Shown here: positions 42,392 to 56,507 of the stretch, piece after piece | Layout of the letters: every line of letters begins with the position of its first letter | How positions within the stretch are numbered: position 1 is the stretch's first letter | Assembly (NCBI GenBank): GCA_951406725.2 | Contig: OX597820.1 | Span: 10,602,001 to 10,666,000, forward strand | Origin: Octopus vulgaris | Taxonomy: Eukaryota | Length of the DNA stretch: 64,000 nt | Reading direction: 5' to 3' | Made by a program: the position numbers and the translations under genes | Notes under the pieces: generated by a model | Seen by the model: the letters and a program-made list of their open reading frames with translations, nothing else | Told to the model about the DNA's origin: nothing | Databases searched by the model: none

Positions 42392-42920
42392 CTTTTACTT
42401 ATTTCAGTCACTAGATACCGGCCATGTTGGGGTACTGCCTTGAATTGCACACGAACAAATACACAGACATATACACAATCACATACGTATATATATATAT
42501 ATATATATATATATCCCAAACGCATTCACAAAACTTTGGTCAGCCCGAAGTATAATAAAAGACATCCTCCCAAGATGCCATGCAGTGGGATTGAACCCGG
42601 AACATGCGTTTGAAAGCAAACATCTTACCTACATCTAAGCCTACACCTGTATGTGTATATGTATATATATGCTTGTGGTGTATTATTGATAAGGAATTGT
42701 TTGTTTTGGTACGTGTAGATGTGTGTCTGAGGTGTTTATCCCCACCCTTCGTATGGCAAACTGTGCTTGTTTGTTTTCGTCCTTGCTACCTAGCGATTCA
42801 ACAAAAGACACCGATAGGATAAATAGCAGACTGAAAAAAATAAACCGTAGGGTCGAGTTGTTCAACGAAAATCCTTCAAGATTCTGCGACAGCCTGACCA
42901 CAGACTAATGGCTGAAACAA
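42392..42920. mobile_element. Old SINE family B fragments in both orientations
   Basis: Degenerate tail and head at 42392-42650 (-) and a tail at about 42720-42920 (+). Confidence 0.55.
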
Positions 42921-43450
42921 GAATGATGGTAAGATACTGTTTCCTTGGCTCGAAACACAACCGTTTCATTCTTTCGTTATTCGGTTCTCCGAGACAATTT
43001 ATCTCGATTTCGAAATATTCTACATGGCTTCGCAATTCTACTGCAATATGCAATCACTCGCAAACACACAACCACACACACACACACACACAGACAAAAG
43101 CCACACACACACGTACACCCATTCACTCATACTCACACACATACTCACGCGTATCTATACAGTTAAATGCATTTCTACCGTTATAAGTAAATTTTCCTGA
43201 TTTTAATAAATTTGATAAATTTTCAATTCGTGCGCAACTTGAACTTTTGAATATAAACACTTGAGAACACCGACATTAATATATTGAATTAATTAATTCA
43301 TTCTAATATATTATATGTATCACTGCGATGTTCCAGTGTGGCCGCATCTACTGGGAGCAGTAAAACAGAATGTAGTTATATATATATATATATATATATA
43401 TACAAGCACACATACACACATTCATACATACATAGACCCATACATATGTG

Positions 43451-43558
<108 letters not shown>

Positions 43559-43651
43559 ATACATATATACATATATATACATGGAAAGATAGATAGATAA
43601 TTTGATATATGTACATATGTATACATACATATAAATATAAATATATATGTG

Positions 43652-43689
<38 letters not shown>

Positions 43690-43812
43690 TGTAAATATAG
43701 AAAGAGTCAGAAAGAGAAAGAGATTGTTAGATGTATAAATTGATACGTAGGCGTGTGTACATATAACCAGATATACATACACATATGTTTATGTATGTAT
43801 AGGTGTGTGCGC

Positions 43813-43855
<43 letters not shown>

Positions 43856-44405
43856 AAAGTATGTGTGTATGTATCAATGTATATGACTATAATTGTTTTC
43901 CAAAAATCTACTTTCATATAATAAAATCCGGTGTATTTATTATATTAAACGCAGCACATTTTTCGGTCCTCAAACTGAAAGCGAACACCTGGAGGCATAA
44001 AGAGCAATAACGAAAAGCGTGGGGAAAAATTCGAAATTGTTCTTACGCACACATTGAGAATCATAGACGCACATACGAACGGAACACAAGCATGGATATA
44101 CACACATTGGCACAGTGAAGGTAATTGAAATATATGCAGAGATTACACGGACTTGCTTTCGACGTTTTCACTTCTTCCGTATAAAGCTCAGGCGGAACTC
44201 TACATTCATACATGATTTTAAGCATACGTTCACACTGAGGTTCGCTTGTATACATACACACATAACATGAACACATACGCATACACGTACACATATACAC
44301 AGATACACACGCTCACATATAAATATATGTTTATTATACTTAACTGGTTAAAAAGGCTGTGAGGCAAATCTCGATGCACTAGTCGTTATATACATACATA
44401 CGTAC

Positions 44406-44438
<33 letters not shown>

Positions 44439-44452
44439 TGTATGTATGTATG

Positions 44453-44526
<74 letters not shown>

Positions 44527-44599
44527 ATCTCTCTCTCTCTCTATCTTTCTGTCTGTCTATTTATATGCATGTATGTATGTATATATGTGTGTGCGTGTG

Positions 44600-44634
<35 letters not shown>

Positions 44635-44781
44635 CTCTCTCTCTCTATCTTTCTGTCTGTCTATTTATATGCATGTATGTATGTATGTATGTATGTATAT
44701 ATAAATTTAAACTTATATATGTGCGTATAGATACACAGGTAGATCCGTAAATACATAGATATAGATGCAAATATACTCTTG

Positions 44782-44832
<51 letters not shown>

Positions 44833-45526
44833 CTGTGTCTGTGTATGTGTGTGTGTATATATATGTGTGTATATGTTTAAAAAAGAAAAAAAAAAGCTTG
44901 TAAAAATTCAACACCACATAACATAAGTAAACAGAGAACTGAAATAAGGAAACACAAATGTGTCATGTCAGATAATCGTTCAAAAAAGTCAAACACATCC
45001 ATTCATGATGTGCGCATCAAAATATACATAATTATGTATAAAGTTCTTGTGTAATCTAGCCTAGAGCAGCGTATTAATCCTGTGTAGGGACACATATTTA
45101 TCGTTATTGGGAAAAATAAAACAAGATGAAAGTCTCGAATTGCAACGAAATGACTCGTGCTTCGCAAAATAACTCCGTAATTTCGATCTGTTTAGGCTTC
45201 GTAGTTAGATCTTTTATAGTTTGCAGACATCAAGCGTTTTCTGGTAACTTTTCAAAGCATCTGTAGGTATCCGGCATTTATCACTTCCTGGTGCACTTTT
45301 GACACGCAAAAGTAGGCCCAGTGATTACGTAAATAGAGCAGAGGGCAAAATGAATTCATAATTATCGATTTATTCTTTGAAAGTGCAAAGTCAATAAAAA
45401 AAAAAAAATCTTTATTTATTCAAAATGTCAAATTGCAGAACCTAAATTATGGCGCTTCACAACAGATCAATCGTAATATCAACATATGTCGGTAGGTTCT
45501 ATATTTAAGAGATGAGGAATTATGTA

Positions 45527-45621
45527 CATTATTTACATTTGACGGATATTTCTCTTCATCTTGTTTGTTAACACAACGCTTTGGCTGATATACCCTCCAG
45601 CTTCGTCAGGTGTCTTGGGGA

Positions 45622-45696
<75 letters not shown>

Positions 45697-45867
45697 AAGA
45701 AGAAAAAGAAGAAGAAGAAGAAGAATATCCAAAAATACCTCAGGAATGAGAACGCAGATTTGAAATTTCCTCCAAGACACCTGATGAAGGCTGGAGGGTA
45801 TATCAGCCAAAACGTTGTGTCAACAACAAACTAGATGAGGACAAATATCCGTCAAATATGAATAATG
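45527..45867. mobile_element. Foldback of two PLE-type 3' ends with minimal hammerheads, with an (AAT)n(AAG)n spacer
   Basis: Arms 45527-45624 and 45765-45867. Hammerhead motifs at 45570-45614 (-) and 45776-45821 (+). Confidence 0.8.
45776..45821 (+). ncRNA. Minimal type I hammerhead (core G12 mutated)
   Basis: GACAC-CTGATGA-A-GGCTG-GAGGGTATAT-CAGCC-AAAA-C-GTT-GTGTC. Perfect stems I and II; GAAA reads AAAA, consistent with CpG decay. Confidence 0.7.
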
Positions 45868-46104
45868 AGTATGTAGGTAGGTCTCTTAATTCTTGCTATA
45901 TCAAGCACCTCACCTCAACTACATATATGCAAACACGCATATTTGTATGGAACATGGAGGACGTTTCTTGATCGTCTATCAATATCTTAGAAAGAAATCT
46001 TAGATTTTCACCAAATTGCTCTATAACCTCTGAACAAAAGATTCTGTCAGGTGTACCTTGGTGTACAGTGATGTTTGCTCTTTATGTCTCTGAGGTGTCT
46101 AACT

Positions 46105-46868
46105 GTGTGGCTAAGTGGTCAGCATATTTCACTCATAATCCTATGGTCGAGAGTTCGAACCCCGGCGGTGCGCTTTAGTTTTGAGCTAGACGCTTTGTTT
46201 TGCGTTGCTCCAGTTAACTCAGCTAGCAAAATAGAGTAGTACCCGTGTTTACAAAAAAACAGCCTTGTCACATTCTGTGTCATACCGAATCTCCGTGAGA
46301 ACTACGTTAAGAGAACGCGTGTCTTTGGAATACTCAGCCACTTGTACATTAATTTCACGCGCTTGGGGTTCCGTCAGTCGGACCAAGTGGAACCTTCGTC
46401 GTCGTAACCGACGGAGTGCTTTTTTTATTTATATTACGCTAATAACAATCAAATACATAAAGCCCCGTTGATTAGCGTAAGAACTTTAAAATGAGGCGGA
46501 AATGTGGTCGAGAGTTCGAACCCCGGCGGCACCTTTTAGTTTTGAGTCAGACGCTTTGTTTCGCAATGCACTAGGAGTCAGCTAGCAAAATAGAGTAGTA
46601 CCCGTGTTTTCAAAGAGCCAGCCTTGTCACATTCTGTGTCATACTGAATTTCCCTGAGAACTACGTTAAGGTAACGCGTGTCTGTGGAGTACTCAGCCAC
46701 TTGCACATTAATTTCACGAGCCTGGGATTCCGTCAGTCGGATCAAGTGTAACCTTCGTCGTCGTAACCGGCGGAGTGCTTTTTTTTAATTAATATTACGC
46801 TAATAACAATCAAATACATAAAGTGTCATTGATTAGCTTAAGAACTTTAAAATAAGGAGGAAATGTGG
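46105..46868 (+). repeat. Old SINE (A-type tail) tandemly duplicated with its 3' flank, period about 361 bp
   Basis: 46144-46504 is repeated at 46505-46865 with scattered substitutions. Confidence 0.85.
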
Positions 46869-47375
46869 ATCAACTACCGAACCTCATCTTCCAGCTCTTA
46901 TGGTATCTAGTGGCAAGACAGCATCAAAACAGCTACGAAGTACCAGGTGCAAGAGCTACCAGAATAAGACATAACTGTCCTACTACCTGTAGAGACCCAG
47001 TCCTAATCATCTTTTAGACTTTTGAGTCCCTTAGCCTTAATTAAGCATAATCTGCTAGGTAACAGATGCATTTTCCGGTGGTTGAATTTTAAGCTGATGA
47101 AAGCCCTTGAGCAGGGTCAATAGCACTCTCAAATCAGCGTATGCATTTGTAGAATAAGAAGAAATTGTCTACGTCATTGGGTGCAAACAAAGTCGCAGAT
47201 ATTATATCAGAATTTTCATTCTAGAGAGATGTCTAACCAAGGCTACGGGTTTGTCACACCCTGCTCTTTGAAGGCCTTTCACTCAGGAGAGTTCGTCCGC
47301 CACGTTGACATGTAATGTTTTTCATCCTGCAGTTTGTTCGAAGAAAACCGCACACACACACACACACACACACAC

Positions 47376-47428
<53 letters not shown>

Positions 47429-47551
47429 TATATATATATAGGCCTGCTCGCTTAGCCAGCGGGGTGGCGTCATTTGAAGGCTAAAACAATGCGAAGCGCA
47501 TTGTGACCAGCGATGTGTAGCAACATCTGATAGCCTGGTCGGTCATGTGAT

Positions 47552-47589
<38 letters not shown>

Positions 47590-47594
<5 letters not shown>

Positions 47595-47795
47595 TGTGTG
47601 TCGGTGTTTGTAACCCAACATCACTTGACAACCGATGCTGGTGCGTTTACGTCCCCGTAACTTAGCGGTTCGGCAAAAGAGACCGACGAAATAAGTACTA
47701 GGCTTACAAAAAAAAAGTCCTGGGGTCGATTCGCTCGACTAAAGGCGGTGCTGCAGCAAGGCCACAATCAAGTGACTTGAAACAAGTAAAAGAAT
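47590..47795 (+). mobile_element. SINE family B, 3' half
   Basis: Matches the B tail. Confidence 0.8.
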
Positions 47796-47837
47796 ATAAT
47801 TTTCTCGTTCTTTTGTTTTGCACTCTTACATGGATAA

Positions 47838-48075
47838 GTGGAAGCGCGTGGCTTATTGGTTAGGATGTTGGTCTCGCGATCGTAAGATTGTGGTTTCGAT
47901 TCCTGGATCGGGCGATGCGTTGTGTTCTTGAGCAAAACACTTTATTTTACGTTGCTCCAGATCACTCAGCTGGCGAAAAGGAGTAATCCTGCAACAGACT
48001 TGCATCCTGTTCAGGCGGGGAATGTATACCCCATGGAAATCGGGAAACCAGCCCTTATGAGTTAAAAGGAACTTT
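47838..48075 (+). mobile_element. tRNA-derived SINE family C
   Basis: A box TGGCTTATTGG, B box GGTTTCGATTCC, central TTGAGCAAAACACTTTATTTTACGTTGCTCCAG domain. Confidence 0.8.
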
Positions 48076-48669
48076 GCTTCTTATTGATTGGCCACAGTGG
48101 TCTCTGCGGTTGGTATAATATCGACAAATCTTTCGAGAAGAACGCTGTAGCAAACAACGCTCAAACGACATCAGCATAGTACTGGCACTGCGTCTGTACT
48201 TCGCCGAAATAATTTATAAGGATCTAAACCTGGAGGGATCGACTCTAATACATCGTTCATGAATGTTTTGAATTTTATAAGAATGGGTGAATAAATTGAA
48301 CGAAGCGCGGGCAAACGGCCGTAGTAACTATGCCTCTCTGTGTGTAAGCAAACAAGCAAGCAATGGTCGGGGCCAACAAAAAGCATATCGATTTGAGGAT
48401 TTGAGAGTTAAAAGGACGCAATCTTGTGTCAGAAATGGACGAACGAGTAGAAAGGAAATTAATCATTTAAAAGAATCAGGGTTCTCCTCTAAGGCTGATC
48501 GGAGGGAGGGAAAAGGATAACCTCAAACCAGGGCCCAGGGTTGAATGAATAGAACATTTGCACTGCGTTAAATACACTCAGGAATTGATTGGCAGAGTCG
48601 CCTCTGAAGACAATTGATCTGTAAAATTATATTTAATCGTTTTGTTAAACCGTGCAGATGTCGATAATC

Positions 48670-48892
48670 TTTTATTCTTTTACTCGTTCCAGTCATTTGA
48701 CTGTGGCCATGCTGGAGTACCGCACTGAGGAGTTTTAGTCGAGCAAATCAATCCCAGGGCTATTTTTTAAAGCGTAGTACTTATTTTAGTTGTCTCTTTT
48801 GCTGAACCGCTAAGTGATGGAAACGTAAACACACCAATACAAGTTGTTAAATTGTCATGGCGGACAAATGCAGACACAAAGACAAAACACAT
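48670..48892 (-). mobile_element. SINE family B, 3' half
   Basis: Reverse match to the B tail. Confidence 0.8.
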
Positions 48893-48904
48893 AAATATAT
48901 ATAG

Positions 48905-48974
<70 letters not shown>

Positions 48975-49405
48975 TTCATATTAAAAGAGATGACAGTAGA
49001 AGCACCATCAACATACTTTGGACACCGCTTGTCAAGGTTGATTAGTTTAGGGAATGCAGTCGTGATGTGAAGACAATTTAGAAGCTCGCTAAGGAATAAA
49101 ATTTTGTGCTAAACTGGATAAAAACACTACATAATTAAATACCAATTATATACGTTTTTATTATTTTTTTTGCAATTGACTTAATCATTGATATTTTATT
49201 GTTATTTTAGTTTTAATACTTCTACTATATGTAATTTTCTAGATGGTGTAATTAAATTGTTCATTTTGAATTGATAAAAGGTGGGTTTTAAAACAAAATT
49301 TAATATATATATATTATATTGTATAAAATTTGATTTAGTATTTCTAAATTGATTTTTTTTTCTCTGTAAGTTTAGATTTATATTCCCTCAAATAATTATC
49401 ATATA

Positions 49406-49465
<60 letters not shown>

Positions 49466-49688
49466 TATATATACGACCGGATTCTTTCAGTTTCCAGCTA
49501 CCATATCCTTGGAGCATTCACGAAACCGCAGGAGCGCTACAATCGGTGCATTGAAGCAAGAGAATCATATTTGAAGTACATCAGAATTAAGTACTTCGTT
49601 GAAATTATTGTCTCCCCTGAAAAGTCTCGAAACTTCTGGAACGCACATTTTATACGCATCAAGGTTTCTATACACATTCATATATTCA

Positions 49689-49738
<50 letters not shown>

Positions 49739-49740
49739 AA

Positions 49741-49804
<64 letters not shown>

Positions 49805-49807
<3 letters not shown>

Positions 49808-49843
49808 GCATTATGAGCCGGCAATGCCGGGTCATTGTGCTAG
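49805..49843 (+). mobile_element. Probable Helitron 3' terminus
   Basis: GC hairpin CCGGC-AAT-GCCGG, about 9 nt, then CTAG followed by T. Confidence 0.5.
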
Positions 49844-49984
49844 TGCATGTATATATGTGTATATATATGTGTACATATTACATGTACATCTATATATATA
49901 CATCTACACATAAAATACAATATACAAAGTTATATCTTGATATCACTAATGATAACAATACTCAAAATATATAACAGACTGGAA

Positions 49985-50850
49985 TTGTAGGCCCGTCTCT
50001 CGCAATTTCGATCAATTGTATCTTGTCCTCCCTCTTGTATATAAGTGTGGCTATAATCCAGCCTACCTTTACTTCTGGGGGACATTTTAAATTTTTATCC
50101 GGGACGTCCTACTTCCCAGATATAAAGGTAAAAATAAAATATTTCCACTTTGCAAGGTTCGAGTCGAGTACTCCCTTGCACGCTCCCTTGACTCGAACCT
50201 TGCTTCTATTGTGGTGAATTTACCATCTCTGGTTAGATATCTTTCATAGTCGCACCAAGACACTTTTCGAAGGTGCTTTCCTCCAGTTGTTCAAATCTTT
50301 TTTTTTTACTCTACATTGTATACTTTATAGACGATAGTCTTTTCTTTAATTTTATTTTTTATTTCGTTTGGTGGTGTTATCCTAGATTCACTGTCTTTGT
50401 CGGTGATCAATCCGAAATAGGTTTGTTTTTCTTCCATTTTAATTTTAATGAGTTCGCGCCCGCCGACGGCTGCGGTGAAATTCATTTTTGGACTTTCTTC
50501 TATCGAAGACAATTTTAACAAAACTGCTTCCGTATAAACGGTGAAAATATTGTCCATTTCCCCAAACAGGGACACAATTCAATTTATAAACAATAACGAG
50601 AGCTCCTTCTCACAAAGGGAGAGGGTTACGGTTTACAATTATTTAACAAATGCAACACAACAACGTTTCCCTTTCGAGGAACCAACAAGCGTGATAACAA
50701 TAGTTAAACAGTTATAATAATAACAACAAACCTTACGGTGAATCAAAAAGCAGTACTCAGTTGAAGCTATAGTCCTTTATGGATAAGAAATAAACCAACA
50801 GCAGAACTCAGTAGAAGCGGCTGTTCGAGAAAACAGACATTACATACAGC
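49985..50850 (-). mobile_element. Possible decayed LINE 5' UTR/ORF1 remnant
   Basis: Non-repetitive 89-aa ORF (50306-50575) continuing with stops into a basic region and PPEVKVGWII. Resemblance only. Confidence 0.3.
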
Positions 50851-51199
50851 CAAACTTCATATAGATACTTAATTCTAGCTAATTAGCGGATAATCTAATG
50901 TAAAAGCCGTGGTAAAGGGTGTGTGCACAGCTCCATCTGGACTATTCCATTTCTGCACAATCATTTTATTTTTAATTTATTCCCATTCATGTGAAACTAC
51001 TTATTCAAGTTCAAGTCATTGATGCAATTTTATACCATTTGCTATTTTTACTTTTGATTATTATGTTACGACTTAATTATTATATTATACTTTAGTTTGA
51101 TTTTAATTATTACTTACTACATATAATTCAATTGTTATTATTATCTCTAATTTTTATTGTTAAAGTGAAAGTATCTGACATAAAATAGAGAAATGTTTT

Positions 51200-51364
51200 T
51201 TGTTTCACTTTTAACACGTAATACTGAAATAGGCAAGAAGTTGAACTTTATTTGCCCATGAAAATACATGGACCCTAAGTAAGGCATGTGTAAAATTTGA
51301 ATGAAATTGGTTGTAGTTCTCAAGCTTTAGGGCATCACACAGACAGACAGACACACATTCTCAC

Positions 51365-51372
<8 letters not shown>
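51200..51372 (-). mobile_element. Possible non-autonomous Helitron 5' region
   Basis: AAATTTGAATGAAATTGGTTGTAG...(CAGA)n...TTTATATA layout is typical of such ends read in reverse. Confidence 0.4.
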
Positions 51373-51422
<50 letters not shown>

Positions 51423-52484
51423 AGAAAGATACGGGTTTTACTGATTTCTTTTTTTTTTCTGAAGGAGAACAAATTGTTAATTCACACAGTACGAATCTAC
51501 GGTATATGAATTGGGAATGATGTTTAGCTTCACGTGAAGAGAAATATTATATATTGCAAATAAGCAAACGGACATATATATATATATATATATCTCAACT
51601 GAATAAGAATGCCGTATTGAAATTAGCCTTTCAAGGCATGTGTCTGACGTTGGGTTGATGGGAGTGAGGAAATTATGATTTATAAAGAAACGAATGGAAA
51701 TTTATCAATGGAATTCTGATACCGCATTATACAGCAAATACAAGTAATAAAAGTGAGAATAATGATAACAAGTAGAATGGTAAAGATATTGTTGGTTTGG
51801 CAGTGATCTCCACAAACGTAGGCTGCGGATGACAATCGATTTTGCAAATGTAGGTTTGTGTTTGCATACTTTAGGCGGAAATGGAGTCACCTCCCCGATC
51901 AGAAAGTAATATTAAGAAGCCATTCTGCTTCGATAATGTTCTGTTGAACCCGATAGAGAAAATAATAATGAAGTCCTGGGAGTATAAATTTGAATACGAG
52001 ACAATTTCGAGTTCTGATGGACAAAATTATTTATTCATGAAAACTTTTTCCGTCTTTTCTTATATTTTAGTTTTATAAATATAAGAAAATATATTTTTGC
52101 AATATTGTGTTTTACTTTTTTCTACTTTTTAACTTGTTTCAGGACCGCCTTTAAAGGATTTTCTATCCTCGTGGGACGCGAACCCACATCCCTTTGTTAA
52201 CGCTACTAAGTGTGTTATCTTTATGCATACAGACACATAAACACACACACACATACACACACATTATTGAAAATTCAACACAGAAATGTGAATAACTGTG
52301 GAGGAAAGAGTATGGTCAGTGTTTGGCAGGCAGAGTTTATTAAGGCTTTCCACACATTCCTATTTTCAGCCGCTACAAGTATTTCATTGAGCGACATCAC
52401 GCAGTCCGCATGAATCATTCGTTGGAAAGGCTTTCTTGGTCGTTTCCTCTCGTGCTTTCCACTTTGTTAAGCTGCAGGCAGAGG

Positions 52485-52728
52485 CTGCTGGTGAACCTTG
52501 CTGTACTCTTTCACCACAACTTTCTCTCATTCTTTCTTCCTGTTTCTGTTGTACCTGTACTTCAAAGGTGCCAGCCTTGTCACACTCCGTGTCACGCTGA
52601 ATCTCCCCGAGAACTACGTTAGGGGTACACGTGCCTGTGGAGTACTCAGCAACTTGCACGTTTAAATGAACTGCGACGTCACTGGTGCCAAGCTGTATCG
52701 GCCCCTTTGCCTTTCCCTTGGACAACAT
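52485..52728 (+). mobile_element. SINE family A body joined to a different tail
   Basis: 52490-52662 matches family A. 52673-52728 matches the reverse of 34565-34630. Confidence 0.75.
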
Positions 52729-52759
52729 GCCACGTGACGCGTATTTGTCTTGCAGTCCT

Positions 52760-53190
52760 TCTTTCCTGTTCGTCGATTTTTACGATGGTTGAAACGAAGG
52801 AACATCGTGCTTCAGTGAAAGTCTGTTTTACAGTTTACAAGGACGCTGCTATGAGCAAAACACAAGTTTACGAGTAGATTTCGCGCTTTAGGAATGGTCA
52901 CTTGTCGCTTGAAAACCAACCTCGTTCAGGGCGGACGTTGACCTCACGAACGAATGAAAATATCATGAAAATCCATGAACTGATCTTGGAGGACAGTAAC
53001 ACCAAAATTTAACGAACTTGATATGTATGATTGGTGTGGGTCCTGGAGCTCCCGCCACCGACTTTTGGGCTAGAAATTGCCAATGAAAAGAGTTGCAGCA
53101 AAATTTGTGCCTCGCTTGCTCACGCGAGATCAAAAGCAGTTGATCCGGACATTTCATCGTTCTCAACAGAATGAAGGAGATATTGAACAA
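52760..53190 (+). mobile_element. Mariner transposase N-terminal remnant
   Basis: MVETKEHRASVKVCF, VYKDAAMSKTQVYE*ISRFRNGHLSLENQPRSGR, MKRVAAKFVPRLLT. Confidence 0.85.
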
Positions 53191-53199
53191 CTGAAGTCC

Positions 53200-53772
53200 G
53201 CGTGCATTTTTGTTCAGATGAAAGCGGTTTGGGCATAAACTTGGCAGACACTCATCTCATACTCAAAACTTCAGTGATAATGGACTGAACAGAACCGTAA
53301 CTATCCTTCCCATCCTCTGATAATTTACAGATGGGGATTTGACGATCTCCCCTCACAGCTGCACGCACATCTGTTTTTTCTCAGTTCTGCTGGTTTGGCG
53401 TCTCCCATTAACATTCATCAATATCGATATTTTTTTCTGCCATCTTGGAAACGTCTGAACCAATCGTACACTTGTGTACACCACTCTCCATACATTCATG
53501 TACCTAATTCCATTCACTTTCTGCAATTTTGCGTAGGCCTCTGAGTAGTTATCGCCATGGCAATTTTTCCTATCATGGTCAATGCGGCCATCACACACTT
53601 CACAACTTCCTTCCAAGCCCTGCTGTAAACAGCAGAAGTGAACTGGGACATTAAATCTTAGTGCACATTCACAGCAGAGTTTGATGTCAATCAGTGCCGA
53701 GCGGCTTTATTCTGCGTACTTTAGCTTCGTTACTATGACAACAGCCCGGATATTTATTGATCAGACCTCGTA
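53200..53772 (-). mobile_element. Mariner 5' end and transposase N-terminal remnant (same family as 1031-2024)
   Basis: Minus strand starts TACGAGGTCTGATCAATAAATATCCGGGCTG. Peptides TQVYDWFRRFQDGRK, GRRQTSRT, VSAKFMP. Confidence 0.85.
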
Positions 53773-53849
53773 TGTATACATATGTATGTATTTATGTGTG
53801 TATATATATACACACACATACTAACACACACACACACATATATATAGCC

Positions 53850-53914
<65 letters not shown>

Positions 53915-53978
53915 TATACATATATATATACATATACACGTATGTATCTAGATATATATTTATATATATACATGTGTG

Positions 53979-54018
<40 letters not shown>

Positions 54019-54199
54019 TATATACATATATTTATATATATTTGTATATTAGAGATACCGTAATGTATTTTGAAGCAGATAGTCTGACGTCATGCCTCAA
54101 GAGGATGTACAAGAAACTCGAGGACTTATTTGTAAATAAAAATTGTTTCATTGTTGCAAGATCATCTCAAGTAGATCGAAGAACTGAATGGGAAAGAAG

Positions 54200-54600
54200 A
54201 AAAAGTAAATATAAGTAACATGATCAAGGACGGTCACGTGCAGTGAAGACAACCCGAGAAAAATATATTCGTAAAACTGGGAAATTTTACTTGAACGCAT
54301 CCCCAACTCACCTTAGGTAGCACCGACATATTTTTGTTCTTTTAGCTCACATGAAATCTGTCCTAATGGAATAACATTGAGAAACATGTGCTATGTCGAC
54401 ACGGCTTCCAAAACAGTTTTCTCTCTAAACAACAACTTGATGCTTTTTGGCCTGAGGAATTTGGAAAGTGGTTTTGAAGTTTGGAAACGGGGAAATTTCT
54501 AAAGATGCCAATCAGATTTTGAATGAATAAATAATTTGACGAAATGTTTTATGTTGATTTCAACTCATAACATAAGCTGAAATTACATCGGTACCCCTAA
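54200..54600 (+). mobile_element. Highly decayed mariner transposase C-terminal remnant
   Basis: TGGGAAATTTTA...CATCCCCAACTCACCTTAGGTAGCACC resembles WEIL.HPPYSPDLAP. Confidence 0.4.
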
Positions 54601-54673
54601 TTTACGTGTATGTGTGTGTGTGTGTGTGTGGTTGGGTGGGTAGGTATTGTTTGAGTGTGTGTATATAGACATA

Positions 54674-54904
54674 TTTACTCTTTTACTCTTTTACTCTCTT
54701 ACTTATTTCAGTCATTTGACTGCGGCCATGCTGGAGCACCGCCTTTAGTCGATCAAATCGACCCCGGGACTTATTCTTTGTAAGCCCAGTACTTATTCTA
54801 TCGGTCTCTTTTGCCGAACCGCTAACTGACGGGGACGTAAACACACCAGCATCGGTTGTCAAGCAATGCTAGGGGGACAAACACAGACACACAAACACAC
54901 ACAT

Positions 54905-54959
<55 letters not shown>

Positions 54960-55125
54960 TACGACAGGCTTCTTTCAGCTTCCGTCTACCAAATCCACTC
55001 ACAAGGCATTGGTCGGCCCGGGGCCATAGCAGAAGACACTTGCCCAAGATGCCACGCAGTGGGACTGAACCCGGAACCATGTGGTTGGTAAGCAAGCTAC
55101 TTACCACACAGCCACTCCTGCGCCT
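54674..55125 (-). mobile_element. SINE family B, full length, young
   Basis: Complete head, microsatellite, tail and (GAGTAAAA)n end. Confidence 0.92.
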
Positions 55126-56507
55126 GTGTATATATTTATATTTGTTTCTTGTTCTTTTGTCAATTTTTATTTTCTTATTACCGCTCTGTACCCGACTGAC
55201 ACTGTATTCTGAAGCATACGTATATTTAGGCCTAACGCTAGGTTATTAGTATTGCTATGCGTAAGCAAAACACACACACACATACACACACATACACACA
55301 TACATGCACACATACATGCATCGATGCATCCATGCATACATACATACGTAGATAAATATATACATACATTTATGATAGAATAATATACAAGTGTGCGCGT
55401 GGGTGTGAATATATATATTTATAGAGAAGTGTATGTATGTGTGAGTATATATTTATAGAGGTGTATGTGTGTTCAATATTGTGTAGTATTTTATGTATAG
55501 AGCATAGCTTTGAAAATACAATGCATGAAGTTATGGCCCCATCGGTATATCAAAGCGTTAAAAGGGTTGTTAGAAAATTTATGAAAACATACACAAAATC
55601 ATTTAACGAGCTTTTGTGTTGCTTTTCTTTGTGAATCGCAATATCTAAGTGTTTCTTAAGGTCTGTTTTATGGCTGTTTACATTTTCCCTGTTCGTTGCC
55701 AATTGCAATAAAAGAAATGAAGTTCTCTGGCTTAAGCACTTCTGCAAAACAAATATTTTCATTACGCTCGTGAAATATCTATTTCTGTTGCTCATATTAT
55801 ATCCCTGTTCTGTGAGTTGATGGTAAATATCACTTCTTTTTCTTTTTAATTTTTTATCTATCGTCTTTTAGTTTTTAAAATTAATTTGAGATTCGAGTAA
55901 ATCATCTGTAGTATTTTACAGAGAGAAAGGCCAAAAAGATGTATTGACATTTCAATTCTATTCGTATTTTCCCGTTTTCTATTTTCTGTTTCTTACAATT
56001 TGTGTGCTCTGCAGTTGCTCATGCGTTAGTACAGGAAGTACATGTATTTGAATATAAGTGTTTCATTAGAGGCTGTCCTATAATTATATGATCTAAGGCA
56101 CAGCCAGAATACCAATTGATATAGTTTTGTTTTCCCTTCATTTCTTTTCTCCGCTATTTCTTCTCAGCGCGCTCTTTTTCAGTCAGTTATTTTATTTCTT
56201 CTTATTTTACTTTTTCTCATCGTGACACCTCCTTATACATTTCTTCATCTTTTTCTCTCTTTTGCAACACACAACATTTCTCCTTATCTTTCTCTCCGTT
56301 CCTCCACTCTCTCTCTGTCTCTCTCTCCATTTCCCCAACTCATTCTTTTCCTCTTGACGTCACCCCCCTTACTTCTATGATACAAACCTCCTGCTTTAAA
56401 GTAATCTAAACTAAAACCTCCCCTCTGTATTCCTTGCTCATTTATGTTCCAACTACCACTTTAACTATAAAAAAATTATTTTACTTACTTCTAACTTTTA
56501 TTAACAT

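Noticed and set aside
44523-44700. ~107-bp tandem duplication in a microsatellite block; also 21- and 24-bp doublets near 33877 and 62899
   Set aside because: Ordinary slippage products.
47088-47135. CTGATGA followed by a GCCCT/AGGGT hairpin
   Set aside because: No GAAA core follows, so it is at best a heavily decayed hammerhead.
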